IMG/VR virus record: IMGVR_UViG_3300026521_000471
Span: 1 to 64,000 of that record
Direction: 5' to 3' (one strand)
DNA: 64,000 nucleotides
Shown here: positions 58,348 to 64,000 of the stretch, piece by piece
Layout of the letters: every line of letters begins with the position of its first letter
How positions within the stretch are numbered: the stretch's first letter is position 1
The notes under the pieces: generated by a model
Told to the model about the DNA's origin: nothing
The model's database searches: none
What the model saw: the letters and a program-made list of their open reading frames with translations, nothing else
Program-made: the position numbers and the translations under genes

Positions 58348-59172
58348 ATGACACAAGGTACAGATTTAGAAGTAATTGCATTCGTAGACGCTGGTATAGC
58401 TAGCGGTAATATAGATATGATGAGAGGGATCGCTGAAACAGTAACGGATTTAAGCGATGAGCAAATTAAAGGGTTATTATTTTCAGGTTCATTAGAAGTA
58501 GCTACTTCTATGATTGGTAAATTATCTGCAGGTTCAACAATTTTTGCTGAAATCGCACAAACAGCTTTAAGTGAAACTGAAATTGCAGGCGGAGCATTTG
58601 TAAAATATTTTGATGAGAATAATGCGGTTTTAGATACATTTATCGTAGTTAAACCTTCTTGTGACATTGATTTAGAAACAGCTCAAGATGCAGCATTAAG
58701 ATATGCAAAAGATAATATCGCACAAATTATTTTAGGACTTAACTTAGATAATTTAGATACTACTTCTACAACAGTTGCTGGTTTGGTTATGGAAATTGAA
58801 AAAGCATTACTTTCTAATCAAAATGCACCAACTGATGTTGTAACTCCATATTTAACTAACCCATCAGATACTTTAAGAGCTAAAGCATTTGTACATGCTA
58901 ATACTGATAATGCTGAAATCATTAATGTTATGACTGCTGAAGATACTGCTGGAAATAATATCGATGGATTTAAATTAGCAATGATTGAAGATTTAAATAC
59001 TGATGCTATGATTCAATCAAATGCAGCAATCGTTACATATTTATTAGGTGAAAATCAATCAACACCAGTAAGATATGCAATGTTTAAAAGTTATATTACT
59101 GTGGTTCTTAATGGTGGAACTGCTATTCCAGGTCTTGATACAGAAGCATTAATCGCTGCTTACGTAGGTTAA
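58348..59172 (+). CDS. Ala-rich putative late/virion protein
   Basis: TATAAATA at 58235 and 58305, AAGGAG RBS, own terminator. Confidence 0.7.
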   Translation: MTQGTDLEVIAFVDAGIASGNIDMMRGIAETVTDLSDEQIKGLLFSGSLEVATSMIGKLSAGSTIFAEIAQTALSETEIAGGAFVKYFDENNAVLDTFIVVKPSCDIDLETAQDAALRYAKDNIAQIILGLNLDNLDTTSTTVAGLVMEIEKALLSNQNAPTDVVTPYLTNPSDTLRAKAFVHANTDNAEIINVMTAEDTAGNNIDGFKLAMIEDLNTDAMIQSNAAIVTYLLGENQSTPVRYAMFKSYITVVLNGGTAIPGLDTEALIAAYVG

Positions 59173-59199
59173 TCTTTATTTGTAAAATTTAATTTACTT

Positions 59200-59227
59200 T
59201 AAAGGGGAGTTAAACTCCCCTTTTTTT
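59200..59227 (+). terminator. intrinsic terminator
   Basis: AAAGGGGAGT-taa-ACTCCCC followed by T7. Confidence 0.85.
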
Positions 59228-59256
59228 ATGTTCGCATTTTCATCATTTATTTTTTT

Positions 59257-59278
59257 TTAAGGTAGATTATATTATAAT
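59257..59278 (+). promoter_or_regulatory. class I promoter TTAAG-N11-TATAAT
   Basis: Motif match. Confidence 0.7.
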
Positions 59279-59308
59279 AAACTATTCAAAAAAATAAAGG
59301 ATTACAAA

Positions 59309-60442
59309 ATGGCAGAACATTTAATAGATGGTGAAGAATTTGTCGATGTACAATCAGTTGAAGAAAGTAAACCAAAGAAAGCAAAAAGAAAATCAAAAAA
59401 GAAAAAAGTAGAAACTGTTGCTCCCGCAGAGATAATGGATGAAACGGAAGATAAAATTGCTGAAATTCAACTCAAAATCGTTACTTTAAATGATGAGGCT
59501 GATTCAATTACAACCCAGGCATTATCAAATGCCAAAACTTCTGATCTAACACAATATCAAGAAACTCTTGTGACTGCTATTCTAGCTATTCAAGAAGCAA
59601 CGGGAGAGAAAATTGATGATGAAGAAGGCTTAATTGGGGGTCTTTGGAGCAAATTTACTTCAAGTTTTGGTTTGGCAAAAAAAATTCAACGTTCAGTAGA
59701 AGAAACTTTTATTGAAAATGCTTCTTTGCAAGAGAATATTGATAGAATTTTTGATAGTTTAGAGGGGTCTATTCAAGCTACTGAATCCGACTTCGTTACT
59801 CTTTCACATTTACAAGATTCTTTGACGAGAAGTGTTGATTATGGAGCTGAGCTTGTAAGTGAGATTACGAATCTTATTTCTGAATTGTCAGACAGTAATG
59901 ATGATCTAATGGAGCGTGCTAAACTAGACGGTCTTCTGAGAGAGCTAAAATCTATTAACTTAGTAAACTCTAATACTGCAGATCAAATTAGAGCACAAAT
60001 TACAACTACGGGTGGATTAGCACAAAACCTTAGAGAGGTTAGACCTATTCTTAAAAATCTTATTAAATCTCAAACCTTAGTTGCCCTTCAAAATGCAAGA
60101 ATGGGACAAGCAAAAGAAGTAAGAGATTTAGTTTCGGGTGTTGTTAATGATTTCATTACTAGAAATAATGCAAATACTAATGCTACTATCCTTGACGCTA
60201 TTGAATATAGTGGTAAAACTGTTATTGAAAAAGAAACAGTAGAAGAACTAGGTACACAACATGAACAATTTGTTAAAGAGTTACAACATATTGTGACAGA
60301 TCTTAATAGACAAAAAATCGAATACAATAAAACAGTAGATAGAGTTACTACACAGTTAGGTAAAGGGCTTACAGAATTACCTAGATTAATGGCCGGTGAA
60401 ACTTCTAGACCTGCTATTTCATCTGGAAAAACTGAGGCTTAA
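59309..60442 (+). CDS. TelA/KlaA-like coiled-coil protein (tentative)
   Basis: GLIGGLWSKF...SLQENIDRIFDSLE...ALQNARMGQAKE pattern, all-helical. Confidence 0.55.
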   Translation: MAEHLIDGEEFVDVQSVEESKPKKAKRKSKKKKVETVAPAEIMDETEDKIAEIQLKIVTLNDEADSITTQALSNAKTSDLTQYQETLVTAILAIQEATGEKIDDEEGLIGGLWSKFTSSFGLAKKIQRSVEETFIENASLQENIDRIFDSLEGSIQATESDFVTLSHLQDSLTRSVDYGAELVSEITNLISELSDSNDDLMERAKLDGLLRELKSINLVNSNTADQIRAQITTTGGLAQNLREVRPILKNLIKSQTLVALQNARMGQAKEVRDLVSGVVNDFITRNNANTNATILDAIEYSGKTVIEKETVEELGTQHEQFVKELQHIVTDLNRQKIEYNKTVDRVTTQLGKGLTELPRLMAGETSRPAISSGKTEA

Positions 60443-60447
60443 AGGTT

Positions 60448-61047
60448 ATGGGATATAGAGTCCCTCGACCCAAGAAACCGAATTTTGATAAATTTTCAAA
60501 TAACTTAAATACAAAAATAGAGACCGGTTTAAAAGAACGAATTTCTGAGCATATTAATAACTCGGTTAATTTTAAAGATGATTTACTTAAATACGTAAAA
60601 CCACAAGATAACATAAAAGGACACTCAATGAATCAATTCTTAACATTAGATATTGGTAGTAATAAAGCTACAATAGATCTTTCAAAAGTTCGTAAGCAAG
60701 GACTAATATTTGAAAAATCAATGTTTGGTAAAAAGCCTAAAATCGTTATTTATTATAATGACCGTCCAGATACACCAGAAGTAAATTTTGAACTTAATTC
60801 TGAAGAAGAAGCTGAAAAAGTGTACAACGATATTCAAAAAAAATTAAATCGTTGGGCTGAAGACTCAAATTCTGCAAGATTACAATTACTTGAAAAAGAA
60901 CTAGATATTATGAAAGAGCAAAAAGAAGCTCTCCTTGAAGAAAAACAGGTTCTAATGGATGTATTTAATCAATTTAAAGAAATGATGCAAATTATGGAAG
61001 ATGATACAAAAACTTCATCATTAGTTGATGTTATTAAAGAAATGTAG
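60448..61047 (+). CDS. hypothetical coiled-coil protein (alternative start ATG 60628)
   Basis: AAAGGA precedes MNQFLTL. Confidence 0.6.
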   Translation: MGYRVPRPKKPNFDKFSNNLNTKIETGLKERISEHINNSVNFKDDLLKYVKPQDNIKGHSMNQFLTLDIGSNKATIDLSKVRKQGLIFEKSMFGKKPKIVIYYNDRPDTPEVNFELNSEEEAEKVYNDIQKKLNRWAEDSNSARLQLLEKELDIMKEQKEALLEEKQVLMDVFNQFKEMMQIMEDDTKTSSLVDVIKEM

Positions 61048-62554
61048 AATGGAAAATATTGAGTATAGACCTAGATTTAAATCATATCATATCAATATAC
61101 CAACTATTATAGGTGGAGTTATAGACTATTCGCCTATAATGGATAAAATCGCTTCACCAAATATAAAATTTACTGATAATTTTAATAATAATTTCGATAA
61201 GCAAATAGTAATATCTAATCTTAATAATTTAAGTACCGATTTACTTATCGAAATTAGTATTTATTATAGAGGTGAGGTTTTAAACGTTAGATCTATAATC
61301 AATAGATACGATTTAATAGATATTAGTGAGCCGATAATTCTATTAAATGACCATTTAGAAAGAATGCTTTATAGTTTAAAAGAAGCTATGTATAATTTAT
61401 CACCCTTTAAGGATGAATTAGATAGAATATATAGAGAATTATATATGAATAGAACATTAATAAGCAATGATTATCTTGTTAATCGAGAATTTGAATTAAA
61501 GAAACGCATTGATAACTTAGAAGATATAATGAATAAAGAATTTGAAAGGATGATTATGAGTGAAACATATTTTGAATCTAGTCAATCTATCGACAAACCT
61601 CAAATTTCAAAAGAAGAAGAAACATTTGAAGAAATTGAGTCTAGACTTTTATCTAGTTCAGACACATTTAAATTAACTATCAAAACTATTAAAAGATTAG
61701 ATAAAGAGCGAACTGATAAATTTGTATTACCCTTAGAAAGAGGTAAAGATGGTGATGTTGATAAATTTGAACATTTAACAAAACAGCCATTTAGCTTCTT
61801 AAATTATAATGGTGCAACTTTCTGTGTGAATTTAAATACAGGTATTCATAGTGATTGGGATGAAGATAAAGATGAGAGTGTTTGGATAAGTAGCGTGAAA
61901 CGGTATTATGATTTATATAGTGAGAATACTAAAAAAATCAATACTAAAAAAACAGAAATTTATGAACGTATCTCAAAAGTTTCTGACTCATTCAAAGTGT
62001 TATCTGAACAAATAGATTATCTTAAAAAACAGTTTGAAGATAGAAGTAAGAAGTTTAAGAATTCAACATATGTAAAATTTTTAGGTGAACGAACTATTAA
62101 AAATATTGAAACTATACGCACTGCAGAATCTATTGCCAAAAGAAAATTAGAGGTACTAAAAAATAAAAATTTAATCAAGCGACCTATAGCTTTTTTTGAA
62201 AGAGCCGCAACATTATATCTTGGTAAAACAGGCGAAGATATTATGACCGATATGTATAAATTGGGTTATACAAGTAAAGATATTCATATATTAGCTATCG
62301 AATATTTATTCTTTTTACTAAAGGTAGTTAAATTAAATGAGGAAGGTGGACATTATACATCACCAATTTTACCTATTCTAAATGGTGAAGACACTAATAG
62401 TCTATCTTATATTGAACCAGATCTTCTTAGACTTATGGCAAATCATATGTTTATTCATACTATAAACATTACAACTGATTATAAATTTGATGACCCAGTT
62501 AAAAAAGAAGAAGATCCTATTGAAATTCCTAGTATAGTTTACGTTATGGAATAA
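61025..62554 (+). CDS. hypothetical coiled-coil protein (likely start ATG 61049)
   Basis: ~500-aa ORF. Confidence 0.7.
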   Translation: MMLLKKCRMENIEYRPRFKSYHINIPTIIGGVIDYSPIMDKIASPNIKFTDNFNNNFDKQIVISNLNNLSTDLLIEISIYYRGEVLNVRSIINRYDLIDISEPIILLNDHLERMLYSLKEAMYNLSPFKDELDRIYRELYMNRTLISNDYLVNREFELKKRIDNLEDIMNKEFERMIMSETYFESSQSIDKPQISKEEETFEEIESRLLSSSDTFKLTIKTIKRLDKERTDKFVLPLERGKDGDVDKFEHLTKQPFSFLNYNGATFCVNLNTGIHSDWDEDKDESVWISSVKRYYDLYSENTKKINTKKTEIYERISKVSDSFKVLSEQIDYLKKQFEDRSKKFKNSTYVKFLGERTIKNIETIRTAESIAKRKLEVLKNKNLIKRPIAFFERAATLYLGKTGEDIMTDMYKLGYTSKDIHILAIEYLFFLLKVVKLNEEGGHYTSPILPILNGEDTNSLSYIEPDLLRLMANHMFIHTINITTDYKFDDPVKKEEDPIEIPSIVYVME

Positions 62555-62566
62555 AAAAGGGTTATA

Positions 62567-62899
62567 ATGATTAATTCAATAGATTTTACAAAAGTACGAC
62601 CCAACCAAACATTATACTTGGTTCGATATAGTCAAAAAGAACATCCTGATGTAATTGATATAAAGTTTAAAGGATATGATAAGACAAAGCAAATTATAGA
62701 ATATGAGTATGAAACCCCAAAAGGATTAAAACTTAAACGTATTCCAATACGCAAGGCTAATTTCCGTATTTTTATAGATTCTGATGAGATGGCTAGAACA
62801 TTATATGATTGCTTTGAAAAACGAGAGATTAAACCGTCTGAAAAATATACTGAAATATTTAATCAAAGTCAAAATAATAGACCAGAAATATGGATATAA
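62567..62899 (+). CDS. small protein with PE-tail (RPEIWI)
   Basis: Terminal motif. Confidence 0.7.
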   Translation: MINSIDFTKVRPNQTLYLVRYSQKEHPDVIDIKFKGYDKTKQIIEYEYETPKGLKLKRIPIRKANFRIFIDSDEMARTLYDCFEKREIKPSEKYTEIFNQSQNNRPEIWI

Positions 62900-63198
62900 T
62901 ACCTGTAAGTTATGATAATGGTATAGGACGATTGTTAGTTTCTATTGAATCTATAACTGGGACATTTGCATATCAAAAAGTTATTAATAGACATATAATA
63001 GAAACGCTTAATTGGTTTTATGATGATATAGCATACACACCCCATAAAATAATTAAGGGATTGATTATAGAAAAAGCAGCACTTGAAAAGAATATTATAT
63101 TATGTCATTCATCAAAATATTATGCAGCTATTCTATTTACTATAAATCATTTAGAAAATAAATTCCCAGTTGAAACATATCCAGAATTATATATTTAA
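62890..63198 (+). CDS. small protein with PE-tail (YPELYI)
   Basis: Terminal motif. Confidence 0.7.
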   Translation: MDIIPVSYDNGIGRLLVSIESITGTFAYQKVINRHIIETLNWFYDDIAYTPHKIIKGLIIEKAALEKNIILCHSSKYYAAILFTINHLENKFPVETYPELYI

Positions 63199-63250
63199 TC
63201 TTTTTATAAGGTTTGATTATTTATAATTAATTATAAAGAAGGAGATAGAA

Positions 63251-63427
63251 ATGGACAGAACTAAATATACTGAAGAAATATTTAATGAGATAAAAAAATT
63301 ATCTGAAAGAGATTTACGAGTCGGACAAACCTTTGAAATTATAAGAGGACAGGCTGGAGATTTATTTTCTATGGAAAATTATAAATTGCTTGAACTCTTA
63401 AAAAATCTAAATGCATCCTTTAAATGA
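63251..63427 (+). CDS. 58-aa hypothetical protein (not in ORF track)
   Basis: AAGGAG RBS; MDRTKYTEEIF...DLRVGQ...; ATGA overlap with the next gene. Confidence 0.6.
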   Translation: MDRTKYTEEIFNEIKKLSERDLRVGQTFEIIRGQAGDLFSMENYKLLELLKNLNASFK

Positions 63428-64000
63428 TGAAATTAACACTTTCAGAACTTATTAATTTAATTGATGAAAATAACAGTCCATTTTATATTCTTGTAGCCGG
63501 TTCAGTAGGTAGTGGAAAATCTTATTTAGTTAATCAATATTTATCTCATTTAAAATTAATTGATCCGGATATGTTTACAATGCAATTGGGGGATGGGATA
63601 TATGATAGTAAAAATGTTGCTAAATCTATGAGTTTAGTTAAGAAAACAGTAAAAACATATTTAGATGATAAAATATCATTTATTCAACAAGGAACTTCAG
63701 CTAACTTACAATCAACAATTAATAAATTAATATTAGCAAAAGAAAAAGGGTATAATACTGTATTATTTTACGTCGATACCATTCCTGATAAAGCAGAAGA
63801 ATATATTAAAATGAGAGTATCAAATAATGGTCATGGTTCAACAATTACTAAAGATAAAATAAATCGTACTTATGAAGGATCGAATTTTACTTATCGATTT
63901 TTAACTTCTGAAGTTAAAAATGTCTTTTCAATAGAAGAAAAAGAAAGAATTGATGAAATATTGAATAAATTTAAGTTATCCAGAGATAAATTGAGAAGTA
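63424..64000 (+). CDS. zeta-toxin/AAA_33-like P-loop kinase, truncated by the window end
   Basis: ILVAGSVGSGKS Walker A, IDPD, QQGT, GYNTVLFYV, RVSNNGH. Confidence 0.75.
   Translation, partial: MMKLTLSELINLIDENNSPFYILVAGSVGSGKSYLVNQYLSHLKLIDPDMFTMQLGDGIYDSKNVAKSMSLVKKTVKTYLDDKISFIQQGTSANLQSTINKLILAKEKGYNTVLFYVDTIPDKAEEYIKMRVSNNGHGSTITKDKINRTYEGSNFTYRFLTSEVKNVFSIEEKERIDEILNKFKLSRDKLRS

Noticed and set aside
1237-60614. Antisense or nested ORF-track entries (e.g. 1237, 3701, 8403, 13705, 14034, 18921, 23263, 24091, 24299, 24772, 30280, 31423, 36037, 40403, 40712, 40936, 42555, 43010, 46101, 46360, 47440, 48086, 49998, 53966, 54379, 54752, 56816, 58323, 60088, 60414)
   Set aside because: They overlap better-supported genes, lack an RBS and show shadow-frame composition.
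1981-63198. PE-tail arrays as integron cassettes, CRISPR or DGR repeats
   Set aside because: No conserved nucleotide repeat, attC-like palindrome, integrase, RT or template/variable pair was seen; conservation is at the amino-acid level.
1-64000. Stop-codon reassignment as the reason for many short ORFs
   Set aside because: Known genes are full length in code 11, end in TAA, TAG or TGA, and the short ORFs end on a shared motif with coupled starts.
1-64000. Bacterial chromosome (because of dnaK, grpE, tuf, nadK)
   Set aside because: tuf lacks the usual fusA/rpsG or secE/tRNA context; gp32-like SSB, PolB fragment and orphan density indicate a phage. No capsid or terminase gene is in the window, so this remains an inference.
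1-64000. tRNA, rRNA or CRISPR arrays
   Set aside because: No cloverleaf/T-loop signatures or regularly spaced repeats were seen by eye; tRNAscan-SE would confirm.

Overview
AT-rich, gene-dense segment with no rRNA or tRNA, best read as part of a large T4-superfamily-like (jumbo) phage genome infecting Campylobacterota. Evidence for the host: DnaK tail DVIDAEIE, Campylobacterota-like EF-Tu, HDOD/PAS/GGDEF proteins. Evidence for a phage: gp32-like SSB, PolB fragment, TATAAATA late-type promoters, dozens of small orphan ORFs. Recognisable genes: dnaK(3' end)-grpE-cbpA, EF-Tu, a PolB middle fragment, ParM-like actin, RNA ligase and 2H phosphoesterase, two nucleotidyltransferases, NMNAT-like, NAD kinase, PRTase, HhH glycosylase, M16 and VWA/HExxH peptidases, TelA-like, zeta-toxin-like kinase. 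Structure the ORF track misses: (1) two related ORF-less group I introns, both at CAT^GTA, splitting the EF-Tu P-loop and PolB motif A; (2) a tnpB-only IS200/IS605 element whose removal restores one gene; (3) 29 otherwise unrelated small proteins all ending in x-P-[E/D]-x-x-[I/L/V]-stop, plus a second tail family; (4) an FlgM-like gene behind a sigma28-type promoter, with a diguanylate cyclase, an Hpt-REC-HDOD protein and an output-less heme-PAS sensor, suggesting phage control of host motility; (5) three recurring promoter classes. All calls come from reading motifs by eye; no database search was run.
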